This document shows, piece by piece, positions 8,140 through 17,271 of a stretch of DNA of 38,924 nt (the first letter of the stretch is position 1; each line of letters opens with the position of its first letter). Origin of the DNA: Desulfobacterales bacterium (lineage in GTDB: Bacteria > Desulfobacterota > Desulfobacteria > Desulfobacterales > SpSt-501); contig JALOOS010000002.1 of assembly GCA_025454275.1 (NCBI GenBank), positions 1-38,924 of the forward strand, read 5' to 3'. Below the pieces are notes generated by a model. It saw nothing but the letters and a program-made list of their open reading frames with translations, ran no database searches and was not told the origin of the DNA. A program made the translations under genes and the position numbers.

Positions 8140-9150
8140 TCACACGTTGAACCGGAAGTTGATGATGTCGCCGTCTTTGACCTCGTAGCTCTTGCCCTCG
8201 AGCCGAAAGGTTCCCTGTCGGCGGGCCTCGGCCGTGGACCCGGCGGCCATCAAATCATGGTAGGCGATCACCTCCGCGCGGATGAAGCCCTTCTGGAAGT
8301 CGGTGTGGATGACGCCGGCGGCCTCCACCGCGGAGATCCCCCGGTGGATGGTCCAGGCCCTGACCTCGTCGCTGCCGACCGTGAAGAAGGAGGCCAGCCC
8401 GAGCACCTCGTAGGAGAGACGGATCATGAGGTCCGTGGCGGATACGGTGATCCCGTAGCCGGCCATGAAATCCCCGACCTCATCGGCGGACAGGCGAGCG
8501 AGTTCCTGCTCCAGACGGCCGCGCAGCACCAGGCAGCGCTCCCGCCCGGCGAGATCGCCGGTGTCCGGCATCGCCGGGTCGCTCTCCTCGTTGTTGAACA
8601 CCACCAGGACCGGCTTGGCCGAAAGCAGCATGAAGCCCCGCAGCGCCTTGGCGGCCGCGATCTCCGGCCGGCGGCGCAGGGGGGTCTCCGCCTCGAGCAG
8701 GCTGCGGCTGTCGGCGAGCAGGCGGTGCTCTTCGGGGTTGAGTTTCTTCCCGCGGCGCTGGTCGAGCTCGATCCGCTCGATCCGCTTTTCCACCTGCACC
8801 AGGTCCGAGAGGATAAGCTCCTGGTCAAGCGCCTGGAAGTCCCGCAGGGGGGTGCGCTCCGGACCGTGGTTGCGGACGATGTGGATCAGAGCGTCGCACT
8901 CCTTCACCGGCTGCCACGGACTCTGCTCCTTCTTGGCCCCCCCCGTTCCGGGCAGCAAGTACTCCACCTGGGCGTAGATGGTCTTGCGGGGCGAGAACAT
9001 CCGGCTCAGCGCATCGACCCTCTCATCCGGGACCCGCACCACCCCGAGGCGGTCCTCGCCGCGGGAGGCCGGGTCCGCCTCCTGCCGTGTCAGGGCTTCG
9101 AAAATCGTGGAGCGGCCGGAGAGGGGCAGGCCGATGATTCCCAGTTTCAT
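8140..9150 (-). CDS. YchF/OLA1-family P-loop protein with TGS-like C-terminus and degenerate nucleotide-binding motifs
   Basis: The C-terminus FFTVGSDEVRAWTIHRGISAVEAAGVIHTDFQKGFIRAEV...VKDGDIINFRFNV is close to the YchF C-terminus. The N-terminus reads MKLGIIGLPLSGRSTIFEALT. Confidence 0.75.
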   Translation of the reverse strand: MKLGIIGLPLSGRSTIFEALTRQEADPASRGEDRLGVVRVPDERVDALSRMFSPRKTIYAQVEYLLPGTGGAKKEQSPWQPVKECDALIHIVRNHGPERTPLRDFQALDQELILSDLVQVEKRIERIELDQRRGKKLNPEEHRLLADSRSLLEAETPLRRRPEIAAAKALRGFMLLSAKPVLVVFNNEESDPAMPDTGDLAGRERCLVLRGRLEQELARLSADEVGDFMAGYGITVSATDLMIRLSYEVLGLASFFTVGSDEVRAWTIHRGISAVEAAGVIHTDFQKGFIRAEVIAYHDLMAAGSTAEARRQGTFRLEGKSYEVKDGDIINFRFNV

Positions 9151-9249
9151 GTGCAGCGACCTCTTGCTGAGTGGCGGTTGAACGGCCGGGCGATAGCGGG
9201 CCGACCGCGCGGCCGGCAGCCAGGCCGAGAACGGGATCGGTCCGGCCGG

Positions 9250-9741
9250 TCAGGGTCTCTTTCCGGGTTTGATCAACTCGCTGAAATCGAAGGTGCCGGA
9301 GGCGTCGAAGGGCACCAGTGGGGGCGCCATTCCTCCCAGACGCAGCCTGCCTTTCGCGCGGTAAGTGAGCTGGCCGGACTGGTGAATCCCGATCATGCCT
9401 CGCACCATGTGGATGACGGACGAGTAGGCCTGGAGCGAGAGAAGCTCCGAACCGAAAGCGGGGATGCTCACCGCGCTGGGGGAGGCGCCGGTGGCGAACG
9501 GCGTATCGTTGATCTCGAGATCCAGGGTAACGGCCTGGACATCCAGCACCACATCGTTCGGGTTGACCACCCGCAGCGTTACGAGAAAGGCGCTCTCCAA
9601 TCCTCTGCTTTGCTGGATCGTGATGTCGGCGAGCGAGATGCGGGGGGGCTCGAGCCCGGTTCCAAGATGGGCGCAGCCCCCGAGGGCCAGCGCGGCCGCC
9701 AGTGCGGCCCCCAATTTCCAAACGGTGGCGAGTCCGGTCAT
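9250..9741 (-). CDS. LEA type 2 (LEA14-like, WHy) family lipoprotein
   Basis: Signal peptide with lipobox (AAALALGGC). LEA_2-like beta-sandwich pattern: ISLADITIQQSRGLESAFLVTLRVVNPNDVVLDVQAVTLDLEINDTPFATG. Confidence 0.7.
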   Translation of the reverse strand: MTGLATVWKLGAALAAALALGGCAHLGTGLEPPRISLADITIQQSRGLESAFLVTLRVVNPNDVVLDVQAVTLDLEINDTPFATGASPSAVSIPAFGSELLSLQAYSSVIHMVRGMIGIHQSGQLTYRAKGRLRLGGMAPPLVPFDASGTFDFSELIKPGKRP

Positions 9742-9748
9742 GCGCTCC

Positions 9749-11725
9749 TCATTTTTTTCCCGGCAGAATTCCCTTCAGCAGGCCGCCGGCCTTTTCCTGC
9801 AAGGTGGGGGCATCGGTGGGTGCACCCGGGGTCGGCACGATGCCCTTAAGCCCCTCCTTGGCCATTCCCGCAAGATCCGGGCGAAAGACGGGGTCGGCAA
9901 AGCTGCCCGAAACGATGACCGGAATCACAAGCCCGGCCCGCTCCTTTTCGTCGCCCTGGCCCTTGATCGTGCCGACGATGCGGGGTTCCAGTCGGAAGTC
10001 CAGCGTCTCCCGGACCAGATCGGCCTTGCCGGCGGCCAGAAGCCTCAGGAGCGGCGAGCGCAGCAGCGCCTCGGTGGTGGCGAACACCCCCCGCTGAAGG
10101 GTGAAGGGAACGGCCAGTTCCGAAAAATCCGTGCGCGGCCGGGGTCCGGTTACGGTCTGGCCGATGAAGGCGCTCTTGACGTTGCGCACCATTCCGGCCA
10201 GATCGACCCCTACGATGGCGCCGTCGGCAAAATCGATGCGGCCGTTTCCGTTGAGGCTCTGTTTGATGCGGGCCGGGTCGTCACCGACCATCGACAGGCT
10301 GATGCGGGCGTTGGCCAACCCCTCGATGATATCTTTCCCGGCCAGGTCCCTGATGAGGGGGTTTGCCTGCACCTTGTCCAGCGTCACGTGAAGCTCGGTG
10401 ACCGGCCGCTCGCCTCCGACGTTCACGACCGTTTTCCCCGCGGCGCTGCCCTGGTAGAGCGTGAGGCCGAAGGGGTCCAGGGAGATGACCCCGTCGCGGG
10501 CCCGCACCTTGAGGTTCACCTTTTCGACCGTGGCCTTGGCCGCCGTCAGGCGGCCGACCGTAACCGTCCCATCCATCACCAGCTTGCGCAGCGCTCCGTA
10601 GTCGGTTTTCACCTCCGCAGGCCGGGGCGGGGCCTCCCCGCCGGCAGCCTGCCGCCCGGCGGCCGGGGGCAGGTAACGGTCCAGGTCGATTTGATCCAGG
10701 GCGAGCGTAAAGGCCACGTTCGGTTTGGCGAACTCCGTTGCGGTCAGATTGAAAGTCAATTGGCTCTGATCGAGGCTCAGCCGGCCGTCGGCCACCGTGA
10801 CGGAGGCGGCGTCGGCCTTGACGGCGGCAGCAAGAGAGAGCCGCTCGATCACCTTGGGGTCGGCGGTGTCGGGCACGCTCAGCCCGAAATCGGCCAGCAG
10901 CCGCCGCGGGGAGAACTCCGCGACCGCGATCGTGAGATCGGCCCGCGGGCCGGCGAGAAGGTTCTCAAGCCCGCCGGTGGCGCGCACTTTGAGGTGGCCG
11001 GCGGCTTCGATGTCAAGTTCCAGGGGCACCCGTCCTTGCCCGAGGTTCGCCCCCGCAGGGCCGAGGCGGCCATGCGCGGCGACGGGCTTGCCGTTGAGGT
11101 CGCCGCTTGCGGAGAAGTGCACCGGGCGGTCCAAGGAGAGATCCTTCAGCTCCAGCCGGAGCTTTGAGAGCTCCTGGCGCGATGCGGCGTTGTGGTCGAT
11201 CAGAGTGAGCGTCCCGTCTGAGACGCTCAGCTCGCCGACCTCCAGGGAGGTGATCGGCAGTCCGGATGGGGCTGCCGGCGCGCTTCCCGGCGCGGGTGCC
11301 GCGGGTTTCGGCCCCTTCGGGCTGCGAGCGTTGAAATCCCAACTGACGCGGCCGTCCTTGTGGGTGATCAGGAACACTCTCGGTCCGGAGATCACCAGAC
11401 GTTCTACCCGGACCTCCCCGAAGAGAAGCGGCAGCAGCTTCAACCGCACTTCGAAGGCACGCACGGCGAGAAATTCGGGCTCCGGGAACCCGGGCGGGTT
11501 GCCCAGCCGAAGTTCGGAAAAGGATACGCCGGCCCACGGGAAGAGCGACAGGCGGACATCGCCACCGACCGAGAAAGAGCGGCCGGTGGCCTCGGCGACC
11601 ATTTTTTCGAAAGGCGCACGGTAGTGGCGGGCATCGATGAAATGCGGAATGATCAGGAGGGCGGCGATGACCATGGCCGCGAGGCACACAACGGCAATTC
11701 CCACCCACTTAAGAACGGTCTTCAT
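9749..11725 (-). CDS. AsmA family outer-membrane biogenesis protein
   Basis: MKTVLKWVGIAVVCLAAMVIAALLIIPHFIDARHYRAPFEKMVAEATGRSFSVGGDVRLSLFPWAGVSFSELRLGNPPGF is a typical AsmA N-terminus. A long beta-rich body follows, and the C-terminal AsmA_2-like part has GRIDFADGAIVGVDLAGMVRN. I chose the ATG at 11725 over the track start at 11785. Confidence 0.8.
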   Translation of the reverse strand: MKTVLKWVGIAVVCLAAMVIAALLIIPHFIDARHYRAPFEKMVAEATGRSFSVGGDVRLSLFPWAGVSFSELRLGNPPGFPEPEFLAVRAFEVRLKLLPLLFGEVRVERLVISGPRVFLITHKDGRVSWDFNARSPKGPKPAAPAPGSAPAAPSGLPITSLEVGELSVSDGTLTLIDHNAASRQELSKLRLELKDLSLDRPVHFSASGDLNGKPVAAHGRLGPAGANLGQGRVPLELDIEAAGHLKVRATGGLENLLAGPRADLTIAVAEFSPRRLLADFGLSVPDTADPKVIERLSLAAAVKADAASVTVADGRLSLDQSQLTFNLTATEFAKPNVAFTLALDQIDLDRYLPPAAGRQAAGGEAPPRPAEVKTDYGALRKLVMDGTVTVGRLTAAKATVEKVNLKVRARDGVISLDPFGLTLYQGSAAGKTVVNVGGERPVTELHVTLDKVQANPLIRDLAGKDIIEGLANARISLSMVGDDPARIKQSLNGNGRIDFADGAIVGVDLAGMVRNVKSAFIGQTVTGPRPRTDFSELAVPFTLQRGVFATTEALLRSPLLRLLAAGKADLVRETLDFRLEPRIVGTIKGQGDEKERAGLVIPVIVSGSFADPVFRPDLAGMAKEGLKGIVPTPGAPTDAPTLQEKAGGLLKGILPGKK

Positions 11726-11870
11726 GGCTGCATCCCCCGTCGCCTGGCGCTGCTCCACCTGCGCCGCCCGCCGATTGAGTGCCAACCGTAATCACCGCAA
11801 CAAAGGTAAGCAACCGGTTACCGGTTCCATCCCATCGGGTTCGTATCAACATGTTGGGGGTAGGGGGCGT

Positions 11871-11899
11871 TTGACTCACTACCGAAAGCGTGTTAGACT
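11871..11899 (+). promoter_or_regulatory. Candidate sigma70-type promoter for the NrdD-C mini-gene
   Basis: TTGACT (11871-11876), 17-nt spacer, TAGACT (11894-11899), about 30 nt upstream of the GAGGAG SD and the ATG at 11931. Pattern match only. Confidence 0.35.
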
Positions 11900-11930
11900 G
11901 ATCCAAATTCAAACGAGGAGAAAAGCGCTC

Positions 11931-12266
11931 ATGATGACGATCGAACGGCTGCACGAAATGTTCGACGCCCGCCCCGGCGATTCCACTCTGAAATTCGAAG
12001 GCAAATGCCATGACTGCCGCAAGGAGGTGACGGTGGAGGTTTCCCTGGATCCGCAGGGGTTCGCCGTCAGCGGCGGTGCGCTCTTCGAGCCCGAGCCGGA
12101 CAAGCTGTACGCCAAATGCGACGCCTGCTTCAGCACAAACCCCCTTCTGACCGGTTTCCGCAATTGCGAAGTCTACAGTCGGGTGGTCGGCTATCTTCGG
12201 CCCGTCTCGCAGTGGAATGAAGGCAAGCAGGCGGAGTTTGCCGACCGGAAATGCTATCGGGTGTGA
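11931..12266 (+). CDS. Stand-alone homolog of the anaerobic ribonucleotide reductase (NrdD) C-terminal Zn-ribbon / glycyl-radical loop domain
   Basis: 111 aa. GAGGAG SD lies 10 nt upstream. It has two CxxC pairs (CHDC, CDAC) followed by EVYSRVVGYLRPVSQWNEGKQAEFADRK. This parallels the E. coli NrdD C-terminus RRVCGYLG...FNAGKQEEVKRR. Confidence 0.7.
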   Translation: MMTIERLHEMFDARPGDSTLKFEGKCHDCRKEVTVEVSLDPQGFAVSGGALFEPEPDKLYAKCDACFSTNPLLTGFRNCEVYSRVVGYLRPVSQWNEGKQAEFADRKCYRV

Positions 12267-12272
12267 CCCTTT

Positions 12273-13718
12273 CTACTTTTTCCGGGCAGCCAGCGCGCTT
12301 TGCAGCTTGTCGGCCAGCGCACCGAAGGAGCCTTTGGCGGCAGGGGAAAAGCTCTGCCAGTCGCCCTCATCGTCCGTGCCGGCCGGGGCGAGCGAAATCC
12401 GACGTTTCGGCACGTTGACCTCTTCCACCGCAACCGAAACGGTTTCACCCTCCCGGATCTTCTCGAGCATGGCGGCCGAGGATGACCGTTTGATGCTTCC
12501 GATCGGAAGCAGGCCGGTGATCCCGGGCGCCAGTCGCACGAAGATGCCGAACTTTTCCTTTTTTTCGACCACCCCTTCCACACGTTTGCCCGCGGGGAAC
12601 TTCTCGATCACTTCGGCCCACGGGTCGCCCTCGGCATCTTTCAAGCTGAGCGCGATCCGCCGCTTTTCAAGATCGATCCCCTTGACCGCCACCGTGACCG
12701 TATCCCCCGGGTTCACCATCTCCTCCACCTTGAGGACCCGACGGGTGTAGCTCATCTCGCTGATGTGAACCAGCCCTTCCAGCCCCGGGGCCACCTCCAC
12801 GAAGGCGCCGAAATTCATGCAGCGGGTGACCCGGCCTCTCACCACATCGCCCGGCCGCAGTCTCTCCTCCACGCTGAGCCAGGGGTCTTCTTCGAGCTGA
12901 CGGATCGACAACCCGATTCGCGGCGGCTTTTCCCCCGCCGCCGGGTCGATGCTCAACACCTTGACCCGGACCCGGTCTCCGGGTTTAAGGACCTCCTCGG
13001 GCAATGCCGTCCGCGACCAGCTGATTTCGGAGACGTGGACCATGCCCTCAACGCCGGGGGTGAGCGACACAAAGGCACCGAAGGGCATCAGCCGCGTGAC
13101 CTTGCCGTCGAGAACATCTCCGATGGTGAGCGATTCCATGAACTGTTTCTTGAGGACCTCGAGCTCCCGGCTGAGGAGGCTGCGCCGGGAGACGACGATG
13201 TTGCGCCCCTTGTCTTCGAAACGAGTGATCAGAAACTGGTAAGTGGCGCCGACATGGGCGGCGGGATCGCTGACCGGGGCGAGGTCGATCTGGCTGATGG
13301 GACAGAAGGCGCGCCGCTGCATGACATCGACGACAAACCCCCCCTTGCAGGGTTCCTTCACCTTGCCCTCCACCGGGGCTTTTTTCTGAAACGCTTCACG
13401 CAGGGCCTGGGCGCCGCCCGCGCCGGAGACGGCGCGGGAGAGGCGGATCTCGTTTTCGCCCACCGCCGCCACGTACAGTTCGAGCTCATCGCCCTCGCTG
13501 ACGGTGAGGTTCCCCTCCGCATCGAGCAGCTCGGCGCGGTCGACCACTGCATCGATCTTGCGGCCCGTGTCGACGAAGACCGCATCCTTGCCGATCGATA
13601 CGATGCGTCCCTTGATCCGGTCGCCGATGCGGGCCTCGGCGCCCTTCTCCGCGCTGTATGCGTCGAGCAGCGCGGCAAAACTCTCTTCGGTTGCTGGTTC
13701 GGTGTGCTCTTCGATCAT
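12273..13718 (-). CDS. rpsA: S1 RNA-binding domain repeat protein (30S ribosomal protein S1-like)
   Basis: At least five S1/OB repeats, for example VLDGKVTRLMPFGAFVSLTPGVEGMVHVSEIS, VVRGRVTRCMNFGAFVEVAPGLEGLVHISEMS and RVEGVVEKKEKFGIFVRLAPGITGLLP. ATG at 13718 with GGAGG upstream. The gene symbol is tentative. Confidence 0.7.
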   Translation of the reverse strand: MIEEHTEPATEESFAALLDAYSAEKGAEARIGDRIKGRIVSIGKDAVFVDTGRKIDAVVDRAELLDAEGNLTVSEGDELELYVAAVGENEIRLSRAVSGAGGAQALREAFQKKAPVEGKVKEPCKGGFVVDVMQRRAFCPISQIDLAPVSDPAAHVGATYQFLITRFEDKGRNIVVSRRSLLSRELEVLKKQFMESLTIGDVLDGKVTRLMPFGAFVSLTPGVEGMVHVSEISWSRTALPEEVLKPGDRVRVKVLSIDPAAGEKPPRIGLSIRQLEEDPWLSVEERLRPGDVVRGRVTRCMNFGAFVEVAPGLEGLVHISEMSYTRRVLKVEEMVNPGDTVTVAVKGIDLEKRRIALSLKDAEGDPWAEVIEKFPAGKRVEGVVEKKEKFGIFVRLAPGITGLLPIGSIKRSSSAAMLEKIREGETVSVAVEEVNVPKRRISLAPAGTDDEGDWQSFSPAAKGSFGALADKLQSALAARKK

Positions 13719-13876
13719 GAACCCAGTGCCTCCACACAAAATAGTCGCGCAGCGATGAAATCGCCCAGCGCCTTATTAGCAGCCCTGGCAACCGGTTTCA
13801 AGGCGAAAGCGTGATCGACCGCTGCGGGGGAAGATACCCGGCATCCGGCGGCCGCGTGCGCGGGGAGGAGGGGTGG

Positions 13877-16030
13877 CTATACGTAGCGGGTGAGGCGGCC
13901 GATGAATTTGGAGAAAGGCTGGCCGGCCTCGACAATGTCGAACACCCAGAGGTTGTAGGTTTTCTCGAAGGCAATCGCGCGGTCCTGGAGGTAGGAGACG
14001 GGATGGACCAGAGCGAGGACCTCCTCCAGTCCGACCATCCGGGCCGCACTCCGCAGGGCGTTCGCGAAGATTTCCGGGCTGAGCCCTTCCGGGTCGATGA
14101 CCACGACCTGGAGGCAATGGGTGAGATCCGAAAGGTTCAGGCCGATTTCGGAAACATTGGCGATGATGAAGGCTTTCAGCCGGTCGCCGTGATTCAAGGC
14201 CAACAGACGGCGCTCCCGTTTCAAGCCGAGGCGGCGGAATTCATGGGAGAGCTCATCCATGCGCCAGCTCGTGGGCGCGAGGTCGAACGCCTTCAGCATC
14301 AGGCCGCCGCTGGCAAAGGTGTAAAAATCGTTCAGATCTTCCACGTCCTTCTGGCCGGCGGCATCGATCCGCCAGGACTCCGGCAGCCTCTCCCCGGCCT
14401 GCGGCGGGCCGCTCAGATGCAGGTAGGCAAACGGGTCGAGCGAACAGGCCCGTGGGTCGTTCAGAGAACGGGCGAACCCGCCGAAAACCCGGTGCGGGAA
14501 GCGGTTCTGGGGCCGGTAGTAGCAAGCCAGGAAATTGGTATGCAGGCTTTGGATGCGGAAGGTGTCGTGGATGAACCGGGAAATCTGGTCCAGCACCACC
14601 AGGCCGGCCTTGTTCAGGGCGCTCTTGCGGGCGGCGTGATGGTGGATCATCCAGGTGTTGTGCCAGAACCGGATCATCGCCATATGGCCCAGGATGACGC
14701 CGTTGTTCTGGTAGACGAAATGCCGGGCGATCTGCGGGTTGCGGGTGTAAACCTTTTCGTACGTCTCTTTGATCTCTTTTTTGCGGGAATAGATCGATGC
14801 GTACTTGTGGGGATAGATGAAGCCGGTTTCAAACAGAAAATCCCAGAGCGCGTCGAGGTCGAGCTCATTGCAGATGTAGGAGTTGCGATCCTTGCCCTGA
14901 TGGAGCATGGCCAGCAGTTTGACGTGGTCCTCCGCCGACATGTCGATCAGCGCCAGGCCGCAGCGAATGGAGCGCTTATCCCCGCCCGTCGCTACAAATT
15001 TGCGGAACACGACCTGCGCGCTGCAGGTGAGCTTGAAGCTGTTGGCAAACCAGATTTCGACCTTGGGCAGGGTCAGACCCGGCATCAGGACGGCGGACGG
15101 CTCCTCCTCCTCCACGGCGAAACCGGACCCGGATAGGTCGATCACGCTCAGGTCCACCCGCCGACCGGTGAGGGGATGCCGGAAGATGAGGTTGGGGGAG
15201 GGGGTCAAGGCCTGGCGTTGGCTTCGAAATTCGGCCTTGCGGTAACGCACGATCTCCTGCTTGAGCGGCTCCAGGACGAAGCCGCGCGTCGATTCTCCGT
15301 CGGTGCAGCGGGTGATGCTGCATTCTCCGGTAAAAAAGGTCTGAGGGCCTTTGAAGAAAACGACGTTCGCGGGCAGGGCCGGATCGATCCAGTCGAAGCG
15401 CTGCGGGGGCGCCGCCTTCAGCTCCACCCGGAAGGAGAAGGCGTTGAAATCCAGAAGGCGGCCCGCGAAGGAGGAGGAGTTCTGAAGCAGATACACCGAG
15501 ATGTCGCTGCAGGACTGCCGTTCGACCTTGCGGTGGGTGATTTCGTAGCTGACCGCCGGCAGTTTCAGCCGGGCGCCATCGGCCGTGAGCTCAACGATTT
15601 CGGGGACCACGCGGATAAAACGCTGGCCGCGCGGTACCAGGATATGCTCGAATTGGAAGGATTGAAGCACGGCCGGCATGTCGCCGGGCGCGGACCAGCG
15701 GAACTCCAGTTCGTCGCCGAAACAGGGCTGCGGCATGACCGGGATGACCAGCCGGCGGTCGTAACGGCGATGGCTGAAATGGACTTGGATGCACTCATCC
15801 TGGAAGTGGACGAAATTCAGACGGTTGACGACAAGCTCCCGGCTGATCTTGCGGGCGGAGTCCGCCGGCGGCTTTTCCGCTTCCGGCGCGGGCATGGCGG
15901 CCAGAAGGCGTTTCTCCTCGGCCGTGACCGGGGAGGGGGGCGGGGGCGAAACGGGCGGGGTGTCAGGCGCCTTCTGCGCTCCGGCATGGATGGAATTCAC
16001 GCTGGGCAAAAGGAAGGATTGGGTTTTCAT
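13877..16030 (-). CDS. Large PilZ-domain protein with uncharacterised C-terminal domain
   Basis: PilZ-type motif FRHPLTGRRVDLSVIDLSGSGFAV (RxxxR...DxSxxG), with further PilZ-like barrels upstream (HRKVERQ...). The roughly 330-aa C-terminal region (ELDLDALWDFLFETGFIYPHKY...GHMAMIRFWHNTWMIHHHAA...) is not recognised. I chose the ATG at 16030 over the GTG at 16081. Confidence 0.65.
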   Translation of the reverse strand: MKTQSFLLPSVNSIHAGAQKAPDTPPVSPPPPSPVTAEEKRLLAAMPAPEAEKPPADSARKISRELVVNRLNFVHFQDECIQVHFSHRRYDRRLVIPVMPQPCFGDELEFRWSAPGDMPAVLQSFQFEHILVPRGQRFIRVVPEIVELTADGARLKLPAVSYEITHRKVERQSCSDISVYLLQNSSSFAGRLLDFNAFSFRVELKAAPPQRFDWIDPALPANVVFFKGPQTFFTGECSITRCTDGESTRGFVLEPLKQEIVRYRKAEFRSQRQALTPSPNLIFRHPLTGRRVDLSVIDLSGSGFAVEEEEPSAVLMPGLTLPKVEIWFANSFKLTCSAQVVFRKFVATGGDKRSIRCGLALIDMSAEDHVKLLAMLHQGKDRNSYICNELDLDALWDFLFETGFIYPHKYASIYSRKKEIKETYEKVYTRNPQIARHFVYQNNGVILGHMAMIRFWHNTWMIHHHAARKSALNKAGLVVLDQISRFIHDTFRIQSLHTNFLACYYRPQNRFPHRVFGGFARSLNDPRACSLDPFAYLHLSGPPQAGERLPESWRIDAAGQKDVEDLNDFYTFASGGLMLKAFDLAPTSWRMDELSHEFRRLGLKRERRLLALNHGDRLKAFIIANVSEIGLNLSDLTHCLQVVVIDPEGLSPEIFANALRSAARMVGLEEVLALVHPVSYLQDRAIAFEKTYNLWVFDIVEAGQPFSKFIGRLTRYV

Positions 16031-16261
16031 AAACTCTTCTTTGCATCGGGTGGTTGTGCGGGGGCGAAGGCACCGCCCCACATGGGCCGTGGCGGTTCAA
16101 ATCCGGAGCCGATCGCGACTATCGGTTGAAGGTTCCACGCCCGCGGTATCCAGATCGATGCCAGCTGCCGGTAGCAACCCTATAACGCTTTTAAAAACAA
16201 CGCAAGCCTCCTGTGAAACGTTAACCCAATACTAACGATAAACGCATGGATGCGGAGTGCT

Positions 16262-16290
16262 CTTGCCTTCTGACGGCCGGATTCCTATCT
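16262..16290 (+). promoter_or_regulatory. Weak sigma32-like (heat-shock) promoter candidate upstream of htpX
   Basis: CTTGCC (16262-16267), 15 nt, TCCTATCT (16283-16290), compared with the consensus CTTGAA-N13-15-CCCCATNT. htpX is heat-shock regulated in E. coli. Match is partial. Confidence 0.2.
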
Positions 16291-16325
16291 TGGCCTTTAA
16301 AACCTTCTAAAGAGGGAACCGAAGA

Positions 16326-17261
16326 ATGGGCAATCAAATCAGGACTACGCTTTTACTGGGGCTTCTGACCGGTTTGATCGTGTGGATCGGCAACTGGCTT
16401 GGCGGGCGGCAGGGCATGCTGATCGCGTTGCTGGTGGCGGCCGGCATGAACTTTTTCAGCTACTGGTACTCCGACAAGCTGGTCCTTAAGATGTACCAGG
16501 CCCGGCCGGTGGGGCCGCAGGACTCCCCGGAGCTCTATGGGACCGTTCAGGACCTCTGCCGGCGGGCGGGGCTTCCCATGCCCAAGGTCTATGTGATCCC
16601 CCAGGAGTCGCCCAATGCGTTCGCAACGGGCCGCGACCCTGAGCACGCGGCGGTGGCGGTGACCGAGGGCCTGCTGAAGCTGATGAACAAGGAAGAGGTC
16701 ACCGGTGTGCTGGCCCATGAACTGGCCCACGTCCGCCACCGCGATATTCTGATCGGCAGCATCGCGGCGACCATGGCCGGAGCCATCATGATGGTGGCCA
16801 ACATGGCCCGGTGGTCGGCCATCCTGGGAGGCGGCCACCGGAGCGACGGCCAGAACAGCGGAGGAGGGATCGGGTTGATTGCAATGTCCGTTATCGCTCC
16901 CCTCGCCGCAATGCTGATCCAGATGGCGATCTCGCGCTCGCGCGAGTACATGGCCGATGCCGCCGGCGCCGCTTTTGCCGGCAGCCCGGCGGGGCTGGCG
17001 AACGCCTTGGAAAAGCTGGGGGCCTACTCGAAACGGCTGCCGATGGAGGCAAACCCCTCGACCGCCCACATGTTCATCGTAAACCCGCTCTCCGGGCGCA
17101 GCCTCATGAGCCTCTTCTCCACCCATCCGCCGATCGAGGAGCGGATCGCCCGGCTGCGCGGCCAACGCTTCCAGGGTCCCCGGGAACCGTCGTCCTCCGG
17201 GCCGGCCGGGGGGCAGGATGCGGGGCGGGCGATGTGGGACCGGCTCTCCGGCAAGTCCTGA
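16326..17261 (+). CDS. htpX: Zinc metalloprotease HtpX (M48 family)
   Basis: N-terminal TM segments, [10 protein letters not shown] zinc motif, two further TM segments, [15 protein letters not shown]-terminal signature. SD AGAGGGA upstream. Confidence 0.9.
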   Translation: MGNQIRTTLLLGLLTGLIVWIGNWLGGRQGMLIALLVAAGMNFFSYWYSDKLVLKMYQARPVGPQDSPELYGTVQDLCRRAGLPMPKVYVIPQESPNAFATGRDPEHAAVAVTEGLLKLMNKEEVTGVLAHELAHVRHRDILIGSIAATMAGAIMMVANMARWSAILGGGHRSDGQNSGGGIGLIAMSVIAPLAAMLIQMAISRSREYMADAAGAAFAGSPAGLANALEKLGAYSKRLPMEANPSTAHMFIVNPLSGRSLMSLFSTHPPIEERIARLRGQRFQGPREPSSSGPAGGQDAGRAMWDRLSGKS

Positions 17262-17271
17262 CCCCACTGCA

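Noticed and set aside
16094-16104. GGTTCAAATCC, an exact tRNA T-loop-like 11-mer in the PilZ-htpX intergenic region. It raised the possibility of a tRNA gene or a tRNA-derived att remnant of an integrated element.
   Set aside because: I tried to fold the surrounding ~75 nt. The T-stem gives only 3 bp, there is no proper anticodon stem-loop or D-arm, the acceptor pairing is imperfect and there is no CCA. I found no matching direct repeat and no integrase in the window. A tRNAscan/ARAGORN run would settle it.
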